A stretch of DNA of 64,000 nt from Dimorphilus gyrociliatus. Its lineage: Eukaryota; Animalia; Annelida. Positions within the stretch are counted from its first letter, which is position 1; every line of letters starts with the position of its first letter. The notes beneath the pieces were generated by a model. The model searched no databases, was not told the origin of the DNA, and saw nothing but the letters and a program-made list of their open reading frames with translations. The translations under genes and the position numbers were made by a program. The stretch spans positions 2,396,088 through 2,460,087 of the forward strand of contig CAJFCJ010000005.1 in the NCBI GenBank assembly GCA_904063045.1, read 5' to 3'. Below are positions 45,501 to 57,200 of this stretch, in pieces.

Positions 45501-47289
45501 TGAAGGAATTGTTGGAGAAAATCTGTTTTCTAATCTATTAAATACAAGTAATTTCATAAGAAAACTTGATTTCCGTAATATAAACTTTACGACTACTTTG
45601 GCAAGTCATCTCGGAAAATTTATTAATAATCAAAAGTTTTTAAAAACACTTATTCTTAAAGGAAACAATTTAAAAGGGGAAATTGGAGAGAATCTTTTCA
45701 AGAGTATGTCATCTTCATGCTGCTCTCTTGAAATTATAGATATAAGCGGTTGTAAATTAAGTGAGAAAACGTCATCCTATCTTGGTAAATTTCTTAGTTA
45801 TCAAACTAATTTGATAGGTTTAAATAGAGAAAAAATTGAATTTGAAGGAAGAAGCGAAGAATTTCTGTTTGGAGAGATGAAAAGTCTTTGTTCTTTGATA
45901 AAAAAACTAGATTTTAGAAATGGAAATTATAGAGAAAATGCCGCAATAATTATATTAAAATTCGTTTTTAATCAGAGTCACTTGGAATTTCTATATATAG
46001 AAAACACGATATTAGAAGCATCAGATGGTATTGGACGGTTTGAGACACTACCTTTGCATCTCACTGAAATACGTCTTAAAGGCAGTGTTATAAGCGAATA
46101 TCTAGCATCATATATTGGAAAATTAATAGGCAATCAAATGAAAATGAAGGAATTAAATCTTTCCAAAGCAAAATTGGAGGGAAGAGTAGGAGAAAATCTC
46201 TTCAAAAATATTTCCAATTGTTGTTGTTTCTTAAAGGAATTGGACTTATCCTATACGAAAATCAGCTCCCAAGCGGCATATTATCTTCGATTATTTATTG
46301 AGAAACAAACTGTTCTAGAATCGCTTGATCTGAGTCATATGAATTTAGGAATGGAGATAGGAAGTACTCTATTTAATAATCTTCATGAACATTTATCATT
46401 TCTTCGCAAGCTCTCTCTTCAGAAGAGCATTTTAGACGAGAATATGGTAAGATATCTAGGAGAGTTTATCGGTAATCAAATAAATTTATACATGATCAAC
46501 TTTGGAGAAGTTGATTTTTGTGGAAATTTGGGAGAAATTCTATTTAGTAACATATCGTCTTCTTGCTCTTCCGTAGAAATACTTGATCTATCCAATGCAA
46601 AGTTGGATAGTACAGCTGCAAAGTATCTAGGAATATTTATACGAAATCAGTATGGATTAAAAACTCTCTCCTTTGAAAATACAGATTTAAGTGCTTCAAT
46701 TGGAGAGAATCTATTTTGGAGTTTAGAGAGTTCATGCTCTTCTCTGTCTGCCTTTAATTTTCAAAATAGTAATATATGTCATGCAACTGCCCCTTGTATT
46801 GGAAAATTCTTAAGCCTTCAAAAGAAATTAAGGGTATTAAACTTTGATAATGCATTCTCAGCAGAAATTGTTGGAGAGCGTATTTTTAAAACTATTACGG
46901 AAGATTGTTGTTGGATAGAATATTTAAATTTAAATCACATTTGCCTAAATGAACAGTCGGCATACAATCTTGGGAAAATTATAAGTAATCAACGTCATCT
47001 ATTGATGATTAGTTTAAAGGAAATAAATTTAAATGGATCTATTGGAGGTAGTTTGTTCAAAGGGATGTTTGGCGCTTCAGTAGAAGCGATTAGTTTGTCA
47101 GATATAGCAATTGATTTTTATGCAGTAGAAAAATTAGGAGAATTCTTAAAAAGCCAAAGAATTATGCAAAGTATTATTTTTGATTTTAAATTGGATTCGG
47201 AGTCTAAGAACCATCTTCTAGACGTTATAAGTAACCTACAATACAATTTAGAATCGTTTGGTCTAGATCCCAATTTCAATAAAGAATAA
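39573..47289 (+). CDS. Giant NLR: CARD-like - NACHT - very long LRR array, 2 exons, about 2,535 aa
   Basis: Walker A GSPGIGKT (40053-40076), Walker B VLLVDAEDE, NPLIATIV and TFKEYFAA. Phase-1 intron 41587-41695 (AAAG|GTAAGA...TTTTAG|AA) joins the 704 and 1859 aa ORFs. RI-type LRRs. Confidence 0.9.
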
Positions 47290-47644
47290 AATGTTTTTTT
47301 TCCTTCAAGAACTTAACCATATCTCTTATATTATAGAATTTAATTGGCCTATTTTTTCAAAACCTTTATATACTGTATTATATATACTTTTAGAAAGCGA
47401 AAGTAGACATAGATAGTTTGGAATGAAGAAGTAGAATAGAAAACTGTTTTATTTCAATTGATATCGCTTTTTATGTTATTCTTTACACATTTGAAAATAT
47501 ATAAAAATATTTATTTTACCCGATTTTAATCGATTACTGTTTAGTATTTTGTTTAGTATTGAACAAATGGGTGGGGGTAGTGATTCATAAGAGTTTAGTT
47601 GAATTTGAATTTAGCAGCAGTGTATTTCATTTATTCTTAATAAA

Positions 47645-48988
47645 ATGGAATGTTGTATTTGTTTCAAACCAACTAAAACTAAGGATATACGACAATTACC
47701 TTGTCATAGTTCTCGTATAATTTGTATTCAATGTTTACGGAAATACGCAACTAATAAGACTAATTTTAATTGTCCTCGTTGTGGTGATAAAATTTTATGC
47801 CCTAAACTTGGTCTAGACGAATTTAAAGTAAAAAACATCTTTGGAATATTACAAGAAAACCTAAGAGAAGAGATCAGTATATCTGGTCAAGAGTTAAAAT
47901 TTAGTGAGCGTAGTGCAAATGATACATTCGGACAAACAATCGGTAATCTTAAAAAGGAAATAGCAGAAGAACAGAATAACTTAAAACAGAATATTGAAGA
48001 GTATCTTAGCGAAAAAACTAACAACTTGGATGTATTGTTAAAGATATTGAATAATAATATTGAAAGTGAGGAGGCCGATGAAGAAACTCTATCCAGGCAA
48101 GAAGAAGACCTTAATAATATACAAGATGTTTTAGAGAGTCTTAGTAACGAGTATTTAAAGTTTGATTCAAATATTAACGACTTTAATAATTTGTGCCTTG
48201 CTCTCTACGGATATGAGAAACCGATTAATCAATACGAGAAATTCATCAAAGATATAAAATTAACATTTGCTCATTATCCTTATTTTTATATCTTTTGCTC
48301 GAATAGACGTTATCATATATTAGATAAAGATAATATGACAACTCATCATTGTATCAATTTCATTGATATTGCTGAAGATGATAGAAACAATTTCTACTTT
48401 CTAGTTAGAGAGAATGATTATAAAATCTTTAAAATGAAAAAGACTTCAAACAGTTTTAAAGATGTTAATGTAACTCATGGAGATGTTCAACGACGTCACA
48501 GTAAAACGTTACTATTTTTGGATAAAAGGAATTTTATAGTATTCGATCCATCGGCAAAAGTCTTTAATATATTTGAAAATCTCCTGCAAAATTCAAAAGT
48601 ATATAAGAAATTCAAGATAAAAGAATTCATTTATTTTATTCTTGAAGAAGAGATTATGTACTGTAGAATGGATGATATTACAACTCATTCAAACTGGAAA
48701 ACGCAACAACAAACTATATTTAAAAAGTGTTCAATTCAAATAACTAAGAAAGAAGAGATCTTTCAAAGGGAGAATATTTTAAAAGAAATAAAAACTGGTA
48801 AAATCTTTACAAAAAGTAGTAAATATATCTTCCTTTTAGACTGTGAAACGAAGAATGCAACTAGGATTCCATCGTCGAATTTAAAATATATTGAAGATGC
48901 CGATAACTATATGACTTGTAAAGATGAAATACAATTTCTATTTTATAATGCTAGCGGTATAGCTAGATCAATAACGTACGACTTTTAG
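47645..48988 (+). CDS. RING-CC-propeller TRIM-like protein (4th Zn ligand replaced by Arg)
   Basis: CCIC..LPCHSSRIICIQC..CPRC, coiled coil and ILKEIKTGKIFTKSSKYIFLLD. Confidence 0.85.
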   Translation: MECCICFKPTKTKDIRQLPCHSSRIICIQCLRKYATNKTNFNCPRCGDKILCPKLGLDEFKVKNIFGILQENLREEISISGQELKFSERSANDTFGQTIGNLKKEIAEEQNNLKQNIEEYLSEKTNNLDVLLKILNNNIESEEADEETLSRQEEDLNNIQDVLESLSNEYLKFDSNINDFNNLCLALYGYEKPINQYEKFIKDIKLTFAHYPYFYIFCSNRRYHILDKDNMTTHHCINFIDIAEDDRNNFYFLVRENDYKIFKMKKTSNSFKDVNVTHGDVQRRHSKTLLFLDKRNFIVFDPSAKVFNIFENLLQNSKVYKKFKIKEFIYFILEEEIMYCRMDDITTHSNWKTQQQTIFKKCSIQITKKEEIFQRENILKEIKTGKIFTKSSKYIFLLDCETKNATRIPSSNLKYIEDADNYMTCKDEIQFLFYNASGIARSITYDF

Positions 48989-49003
48989 AAAATATCTGTT
49001 TAT

Positions 49004-50392
49004 TTAGGTCATTCTATATTCTTTTAATTTTTGTTCATTTCTCAATACATTTATTAAATAGAAACTAAATCCATCCTCTGATTGATGATATTCCGTAACT
49101 ATATAAGTTTGAAAGAGACTTTTCTGTTTATAAGCTTTAGCAGTTTTCTCAATAGAGTTTATAGTAAATACGAAATCTCTTGTAGACATAAACAAACATC
49201 CGTTTACAATATCATCAAAGATACTTTTCAATGATGCTGATGTATCATTTACAAACTCAATTGTTATTGGAATACCAGAATAAGTTGCATTTTTGTTAAT
49301 TTCGTTTATACTACTGTAACTTAGGTCAATAGTTTCGTCGTCATCACTACAATTAGTGTATCTATATACGTATAGAGTATTTTTCCAATGTCTTGTAATA
49401 AAGGACGAATCAATAGGCAAAAAATAGTTCCGTCTCCAGCAAATTTCTCCTCGTTCATTGGTTAAATAGACATCGTTATCTATATTAAAAAATACAATAC
49501 CATCCATATTGGTTAGTTCGTTTTTAGCAGGAAGATATAAACGTAGTATTTTATCGACTTTCCAATAAAATAGATAGTATGCTGTAACATCTATTGTTAT
49601 TTTAATTGCAATTAACTCATGAAATTCTCTTGAATTATCAACTCCATCAACTACAAAATTTTCTTGTCTCTCAAAAGACAGAGCTTTTCTAAATTTTCCA
49701 CATAATTTCCTATTTTCGGTTTTCATCCCATTCATTAATGAATATCCAAGTTTATCAAAATATAATTTCCTAAACGAATAGGAATCGAACCAACAGACTC
49801 TTTCAAAGTTTATTGACGTTTTTGGAACGAGTGATATATGCAATTTAAACTCTCTCAGTCTTTCAAGGCCTATTATATGAAAATTATTTTTACAGATTTT
49901 TATACACTCCATCCTAAGATCTGACAGTTTCTTTAAATTTTGAGCTACTGCTAAATCTCCACTTTCGGATTCTATTAAGTTGATTCTCTTAAGAATATCC
50001 TCTAATTCGCCTTTTTTCTTTAAACATTTTACCTCCAATGAATTCAAGATTGTATTCTTCTTTTCTGAACATAATTTTTCAAACTCTTTTAGATCTTTTA
50101 TAGCGCATTCAGCCCTTCTTCGATCTTCCTGTTTTAAGTCTTTAACCTTCTGTATAAGCAATTTCTTCTTTGCTTCGGACGCCTTCGGAGAAGAGTATTT
50201 TTCAAATCCTTTAATTCCATTTCTAGGTATCTTTAATATTCTTTTACAAAGAGGGCAATCAAATTCCTTATTAATTAGACCTCTTTTCGGTAGCTTTTCC
50301 AGACACGAATCACAAAAAATATGCGATTCATGACAGGGCAAAAGCCTGCAATCCGACTTTGATAGTGTACCAAAACAAACAGGGCAAGACAT
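49004..50392 (-). CDS. RING-CC-propeller TRIM-like E3 ligase
   Basis: CPVC..LPCHESHIFCDSC..CPLC and SLKSIFDDIVNGCLFMSTRDFVFTIN. Confidence 0.88.
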   Translation of the reverse strand: MSCPVCFGTLSKSDCRLLPCHESHIFCDSCLEKLPKRGLINKEFDCPLCKRILKIPRNGIKGFEKYSSPKASEAKKKLLIQKVKDLKQEDRRRAECAIKDLKEFEKLCSEKKNTILNSLEVKCLKKKGELEDILKRINLIESESGDLAVAQNLKKLSDLRMECIKICKNNFHIIGLERLREFKLHISLVPKTSINFERVCWFDSYSFRKLYFDKLGYSLMNGMKTENRKLCGKFRKALSFERQENFVVDGVDNSREFHELIAIKITIDVTAYYLFYWKVDKILRLYLPAKNELTNMDGIVFFNIDNDVYLTNERGEICWRRNYFLPIDSSFITRHWKNTLYVYRYTNCSDDDETIDLSYSSINEINKNATYSGIPITIEFVNDTSASLKSIFDDIVNGCLFMSTRDFVFTINSIEKTAKAYKQKSLFQTYIVTEYHQSEDGFSFYLINVLRNEQKLKEYRMT

Positions 50393-50633
50393 TGTACATT
50401 CGAAATGGTGTTAGTAATTAAAAGAAATAAAAAGAATATCCTATATTCTATCTAATAGCCAAGTCATGAACGTTTCGTGTAGAAAGACAGTATTATTAAA
50501 TAACGTTCTATTCATAACTAAAATGAGAAGGACCTATATGGAATAATTTACCTTTTCTATTGTATAAATTACTAAATATTGAAAACGGTATTTTTGAATG
50601 TAAGGTTCTGGGAGCTGAAAACGGAAATTACAA

Positions 50634-50672
50634 TATATATATATATATATAAACATATATATATATATATAT
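50634..50672. repeat. (TA)n microsatellite
   Basis: Direct TA run in the divergent intergenic region. Confidence 0.85.
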
Positions 50673-51129
50673 GTTTACTAATATTAACATATACACCTAA
50701 ATCATATAGAAAGACGATCAATGAACATAATATATCGATTTCATTCAAATACGGAGGGAATTGACTCATTCAAAAGAGGCCTGTAAATAACAATAGCTAA
50801 CATATTCCTGAATTTTTATTTCTTGATATTTCCTGTCGGTATTAACATACCACAAGATATTATTTATAAGCTTAAAAGAAACGTTACAGAGCTTGCTTTA
50901 AAAGGTAAATTAATTTAAAAAAGAGAATACAAACAGCAACGTCATCATCAAAATTTGTAACACAAAACTAAATATAAATCTTATATCATCCAACTCTATT
51001 TTTATACGTAAGACTCTTTTTCTCTATTACTCATTTTAACCTTTTGGCCTACGTGCTTAGTTTATTTATAAAGACATCTTCACAAAGAAAAGAGTAATAT
51101 TTCTATTTGGATTAGCATTATTGTCGATT

Positions 51130-52482
51130 ATGAGGTGTTTAATTTGTTTGATTGATGTAAAAAAAGAAGAGGATATCCGTTGTCTTCCTTGCAATGATTG
51201 CCATTTTTTTTGTTTAGTTTGCCTTAAAAAGACTGTTAAAAATGAAATATATTTAAAATTTGATGATCGGATTAAATGTCCTATTTGTCAAGAAGAAATT
51301 TTATGGCCTCTAGGTGGTCTGGATGATTTAAAACTAGAAAATGTATTCAAATCTTTGAAAGAGGATTTATATACAAAATTAATATCGAAACGAGAGGAAC
51401 TTCAAATAGAAGAGGAGAAGATTCTTGAAGATTTGGAGAACAGAGTAGCAAAGTTAAAAGCGAATGTTCTACACAAGCTGCAAACGTTAATTGAAAGGAA
51501 ACAGATGATTCTGAATCAAAAACTCAAAGAGTACTCTACAATGATTAATAAGCTTGAACATCAATATTCACAAAATTCAACATTATCCAATCAGATTGAA
51601 GAGGAGAAAGTTATAAATGATGTAATACTCTTTCTAGAAAAGTCAAGCAATCTAACAATGGACAAAAAAGATATTGTATCAAAACTGAATGACTGGAATT
51701 TCTATTTATTTAACCATATTCAACCTGAATCTTCATTTGAACAGCAATTAGAAAAGTTTAATTTTACATTTTTTGTCAATTCCAATTGGCTTTTGTTTAC
51801 AAAAAGTTATTTTTACGAGTGTAGTACCAATTTTCAATTAAGAAGAATAACACTAAATGACGAATCTTTCGAAATTGTTGATGTAGAGATGTTTAATAAT
51901 ACTATCTATATTCTATTGAAAAGATTTTTGGTCTATAGGATTATGAAAATGGAAAAAAATTCAAATATTCAAGTCTGTTCATTAAAACAAAAATTATTTT
52001 TAGAAAATCAACAACCGTTTTTAGTGTTTCGCGAAAATTATAATTTATTCATTTATCAAATTGAAGAAGGTTCTTTAGTAGTTAAAAAGAATTTTATGCC
52101 TTATTTACAAACAAAAAGCAAAAAGTTTGTAAATGGAACATTGTATTTTTCAACCGAATACAAAGAAGTATATTATTGTAATGATAATGACATACTTAAT
52201 GAAGAATTTATGCCGGTAAAGGAGGCTACAAGATTACCAATCCAAAAGAGAATATCGTTAAAGGAAGATATAATAGAAGAAATATTAAATGATAAAATAT
52301 TATTATTAAATGATTCGTACGTTTTTCTTGTTGATTCAATAAGAAAAGAAGTTAAATTGATAGCTCAAAAGCATCTTTTCAAAGAAGGAATAATTGTAAA
52401 TATAACTGTTAAAAGGAATTTTGCATCATTTCTATTAAAAAATTCAAAATGTAAGCTTTTTATTAAAAATTACAAATTTTAA
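51130..52482 (+). CDS. RING-CC-propeller TRIM-like E3 ligase
   Basis: ATG at 51130. CLIC..LPCNDCHFFCLVC..CPIC and SLKEDIIEEILNDKILLLNDSYVFLVD. Confidence 0.88.
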   Translation: MRCLICLIDVKKEEDIRCLPCNDCHFFCLVCLKKTVKNEIYLKFDDRIKCPICQEEILWPLGGLDDLKLENVFKSLKEDLYTKLISKREELQIEEEKILEDLENRVAKLKANVLHKLQTLIERKQMILNQKLKEYSTMINKLEHQYSQNSTLSNQIEEEKVINDVILFLEKSSNLTMDKKDIVSKLNDWNFYLFNHIQPESSFEQQLEKFNFTFFVNSNWLLFTKSYFYECSTNFQLRRITLNDESFEIVDVEMFNNTIYILLKRFLVYRIMKMEKNSNIQVCSLKQKLFLENQQPFLVFRENYNLFIYQIEEGSLVVKKNFMPYLQTKSKKFVNGTLYFSTEYKEVYYCNDNDILNEEFMPVKEATRLPIQKRISLKEDIIEEILNDKILLLNDSYVFLVDSIRKEVKLIAQKHLFKEGIIVNITVKRNFASFLLKNSKCKLFIKNYKF

Positions 52483-52648
52483 GCATAATTTATTAATACA
52501 AATAAATAACAAAAATAACAAAACTAATAGATTAAAGACCATCAAATATTGCGCAATTTTTAATTTTCAAAAAAACCATATATATAGATAGGTTAGACAA
52601 ACAATCAATAGCAAACATTTTTGTAATAAAAGTCTACTTGATGAGTTA

Positions 52649-53251
52649 TCATTGTGATAAGTCATTTTGAGAAATTTGTAGACGGATTTTAGGCATATCC
52701 AAATTAAATGGTAATTGAATTGTTTCGTTCGATTTCATATTCAAAAAATTTAGTAACTTTCTTCTTATTTTAAATAAGTTCTTTAGTTTTCTTTCTCCTG
52801 TTTCATCGCCAAATTTCAAGTCGAGATTGTCAATTTCATCTTTAATGCTAAAGATTTTTAAATTTCTCTTAAAATAAATATTTCTAATTTCTTCTTTTAT
52901 CAATTCCTTCTTTTTATCCATATTGCTGATCAACTCTTCTATTTGAACTTTAAGTATTTTGTCCTCTTTAATACACTTATCTGTTAATTCATTTCTCATT
53001 TTAATTAAGGCATTATTCAAGCTATGAACCAGCGTAGGTTCCCATTCGACTATTGGCAAAGCTTCGATTCCTCTTCTTCCCAAACAAATAATAGCTTTAC
53101 ACAAAGGACAGCTGAACTGATTTTTAATCGTTGACTTTGTAAATTTAGCAATTTCTCTGAGACATTTTGAACAAAATATATGTGTTGTATGGCAGGGTAG
53201 ACGTCTACCAACTAAATTCTGTAAACTGGTTAAACAAACCGGGCATTCCAT
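52649..53251 (-). CDS. Truncated RING-coiled coil TRIM-like gene (no propeller), possibly a pseudogene
   Basis: ATG at 53251 (MECPVC..LPCHTTHIFCSKC..CPLC). Coiled coil, then a stop after 200 aa; there is no room for a propeller before the convergent neighbour. Confidence 0.75.
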   Translation of the reverse strand: MECPVCLTSLQNLVGRRLPCHTTHIFCSKCLREIAKFTKSTIKNQFSCPLCKAIICLGRRGIEALPIVEWEPTLVHSLNNALIKMRNELTDKCIKEDKILKVQIEELISNMDKKKELIKEEIRNIYFKRNLKIFSIKDEIDNLDLKFGDETGERKLKNLFKIRRKLLNFLNMKSNETIQLPFNLDMPKIRLQISQNDLSQ

Positions 53252-53649
53252 TCGTAATTGTAGAACGAAGAGATCTTCTAACGATATAAATGTTTTATTT
53301 CTCACGATAACCACTCTATTCGGCTAGAATGAATAAAATAAATCATGAATAAACTATTCTAAGTATTGCAAAGTGACAGCAAAAAATCGATTGATACGGG
53401 ATTAGTAAAACACCTAAATAATAGCGTATACTAGTTATAGTAGTAGTGAATATGATCTACACACGCAATTCGATACCTGCAAGTCCAACGAGTTGACCTA
53501 TTACATAAGAAATATAGAGTACAAAGAATTAAGGTCTAATAACTAAATGAGTCATCATTCTCGATGTATTTTAACAGAAATTCCCCTTATATTGTTAGTA
53601 AAGAATAGACTTTTTATATAGAAAACAACTTTTCAAAGTCATTCTTTCT

Positions 53650-53680
53650 TTTCTCTCTATCTCTCTCTCTCTCTCTGTCT
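53650..53680. repeat. (CT)n microsatellite
   Basis: Direct CT run. Confidence 0.8.
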
Positions 53681-54227
53681 CTAACTTGTCATCAAAACCA
53701 TAGATATTTTTATTTCTAAAAATAGATTATTACACAATTAACCACGTTTTTTTATTATCAAACTAATAATAATAATAATAATAAAAAATTACTCTTCAAC
53801 CTTTCAATTGCCTAACTAAAAGCAATGTACGAAAAATTTTGTCGCTTAAATCTATTTTTGTACAGAGTGTAGGAGGGTATAGGCTAAAAAATAACTTCGA
53901 TAAAATTGTTCGAGTAATAAAATAAGAAACAATAACTAAATAGATATATATTAATATTTGAATTATATACATGAATAAATGACATAGATAAATAGTATGT
54001 TGTATGATAATTACTATTCTAAAGATTATAGTTCAACAATGTAGAATAGGGAGACACGGAAATGTTGAATAGACGAAGAGAGATTTTAATGTTTTGTAGT
54101 TGAAATATAATATTTACTAAGTATAATAATACGCTTATTGAAATATAAAATTTCAATTGTAATTACTTTATTATTATTAAAATGAATGAAGCATAAATGT
54201 TGAAAAACAGCCAATATTTTGAAGAAA

Positions 54228-57200
54228 ATGCTGCTAAATAGGTTTTGGATTGTTTTTCCAGCTGTTACTTTGTTATATTCTATGTTAATTAATGGAAAAT
54301 GTTTACAATTTAAACCTATTCAAGTTAAAAATATATCTTTTTCTTTAATCAAATCTTTAAAGGATAATCTTATTGGTATGATTACCCAAGGAATTGTTCT
54401 TGCTGAAATAAAAGAAAATTTATATACAATTTCCTTTAATTCTACAAAGGAACATCGTAGATCTATGTATATTTTTGGGGAATATTTTTGCAAAATGAAT
54501 GGTTTTGATACATTCTATCAGAGTGTTTATAACTGTCCTTCGTATAAAAGTAACTCTATTTATATAGGAGTAGGGAAAGGGGGTATAGTTCGTTTGACAG
54601 GAGTGTGTTTTATAGAGGTTCGTTTTAAAGGAAAAATACGTTTTATACACAATTCACTTAATAGAAATGTGTTCTATTGAAGGTGGATTCAAAAGGAAAA
54701 TTACTATTGGAGTTATCAATAGAAATACAAATTTCAGTAAGAATGAAATCTTATTTGACAAAAGACAAGATTTACAGATAGTTTTAAATGCATAACTATT
54801 ACCCAATGTCAGTTATTTAACCCACTGCAATAGAAACTTTGACATAGAATTGGATATTTCAAAGCTTGAAGGAACTCATCTTTTGAATTATGCTAAAAGC
54901 TTCTTCACATGCTCTAGGAAAGAGTTGCTACAAGCTGTATAGAGGATAAATTGTAGATGCTTGTAAACTGAAAATAGGATGTACCGGAAAAGAGAAGATG
55001 TAAAGAAGAGGCAAGATATTGTAAAGGAATACAGAAGAAACTGAACTGCTTTTACATAACTTACTAATTTTGAATGAGAAAAATATGTTACTTCCACTCA
55101 TGACGCAGGCTATTTGCTTCGGGAGACTGTCTCTCAGTAACATTTACAAAGATGATGAGCACTTTACTTGAAATAGCTTTAGGCTTCTGATCTGACAAAT
55201 GAGCGTATTTCTATAAAACTGACCTCTGTAAAAATAAGTTCACTTTTGTTAAATGTATTATACACCCTTGAATCAACACTTTTACATATCATATTTATTT
55301 TTATTACCTAGCTGAAAAAGAAGTTGAAATTCATTGCCATAACAATGAAACTGACGGAGGAAATTGTTTATTGTTGTTTTTATCTTAATATAGTATTCTA
55401 ATATAATAATTATATGTTTTTTTTATAGAACAGAAAAGTATTGTAGCCAAAATAAAGGAAAACTATCCAATGCTTTATGTGTTAGCTGTCTCTCTTGGGA
55501 AATGCAATGTATATTATCTCAAAACTTCTTTATTAGATTAACAATAGTTTACCATACAATATTCAGACGCATTTACTATAGACAATGAGCAGTTACCAAT
55601 TTTTAGACGTCACTATGGAAAAGTGTATTTACATTGTTTTAATGGTCAACCTATTGAATGTAGTACAGTAATTAAAATTGATTTTACAAATTCAACGAAA
55701 TATTTAAAAAATTGGACATCTGTGAAACAATTTACAAAAGGAAATTGTATTCCTGAATACTGTTCTGATAATCAATCTCTCAAAGGTATGATGAATCTAA
55801 TGGTATTCTTTTGAATAATCTTAATAAATAACTCATTATCTATAGACTTTAAAATAGTAAGGTTTAAAGATTTCTTCAACTATTCGCACGCATCTATAGA
55901 AGTGGATAAAGAGATTATATTTCCGGTGGTAGATATTGATTATATTGGACCCAGATCTGTAAAATTTTCTAACGAAATTACTATGTCAATGATTAATAAA
56001 GTTATTTGTAAAAAATTTCATTTAAAATCGGGAAATGACGTTAATATCTCTAGTCGAGGAGACAGTTTAATCCATTTAACAAATTATAAAGAAAGCCGTA
56101 GCGTTGTTTTCTTCTGTCCTGAAAAATTTTCTAGAATAGAACAATGTCAATATAGAATTTCTACAAAAGTCAATTATTTAATAATATCTTCTGTACGTTG
56201 TAAAAGATATCAAGTATCTGGTAGACATCTAATATCATTTTAATATAAGGTAACGTTTGTTTACTTGCAGATTTTTTATTCAAATTAGTATCATTAAATA
56301 CTAATGAACAGTTGAAGGTAGTTTATGCAAACAGTACAGAGAAACCTGTTTATATTGAAGGAGAAATTCATGGTTTTTTCGAAGGAGTCTGGTATATCTT
56401 TTTCTTAAATAGTAATCTAAAATTTCAAACAAACGTTAGTTTGTAATTTAATTATGGAATAATATTTAAAAGCTTTCCGTTAATTAGATTGTTTGTAATC
56501 ATTTTGGATATAGAGAGAGTACATTGATAAAACTACGTTCAAGGAAGTATCCTCAAAAAGTTGAACTTTTTGAAATAGAATGTTCAAAGTTCTCTTCTTT
56601 CGAAAATTGTCAATTAAATCAAAAAATTTTCCTTCATCCTTTCAAAAGAGTTGAATATTAATTTTCTCTTCCAAATTTAATCATTTATGTAGAATATTTC
56701 AAATTTTAGATATTCTTTATAAAATGTCTAAATTCTTTATCGAAAATATCGAAAAGTATGTGTAAACGTTATCTAAATTTCATTAAATAATTAACATTTA
56801 AAGAGAAAATTGCATCAGATTGCTCATTGAAAGATATATCGAGTTTTAATAGAAAAATATCAACTACTGGTCAAAATATTCCATTCGATCTAATTGGAAT
56901 TTGGTACTTACAAAACGGGTAAAACTGTATTTAGTTTTTGTAACAATTCTTCAAATTTTCGAATCTTTAGAGAAGATTGGTCTATTCAATTGAAAAATGC
57001 TCGAAAACATTTTCTCAGTTGGGTGATTAATAGTTCTTGCGCATACCCCTCCAAGTATGATATTAAGGCAATCCCGTGCAATTTCCCTCTAATTACCTCA
57101 GTCATTTGCGAAGGGAATCTCCGTAATTAATTCACTATAATAAATCAATATATAGAAATACTTATATAATATATATCACAATCGTTAAATAGATATTTTT

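Noticed and set aside
56894-57130. Apparent +1 frameshift in the GPCR lectin-like exon
   Set aside because: A 52-nt intron (56919-56970) restores the frame (LQNG|EDWSIQ).
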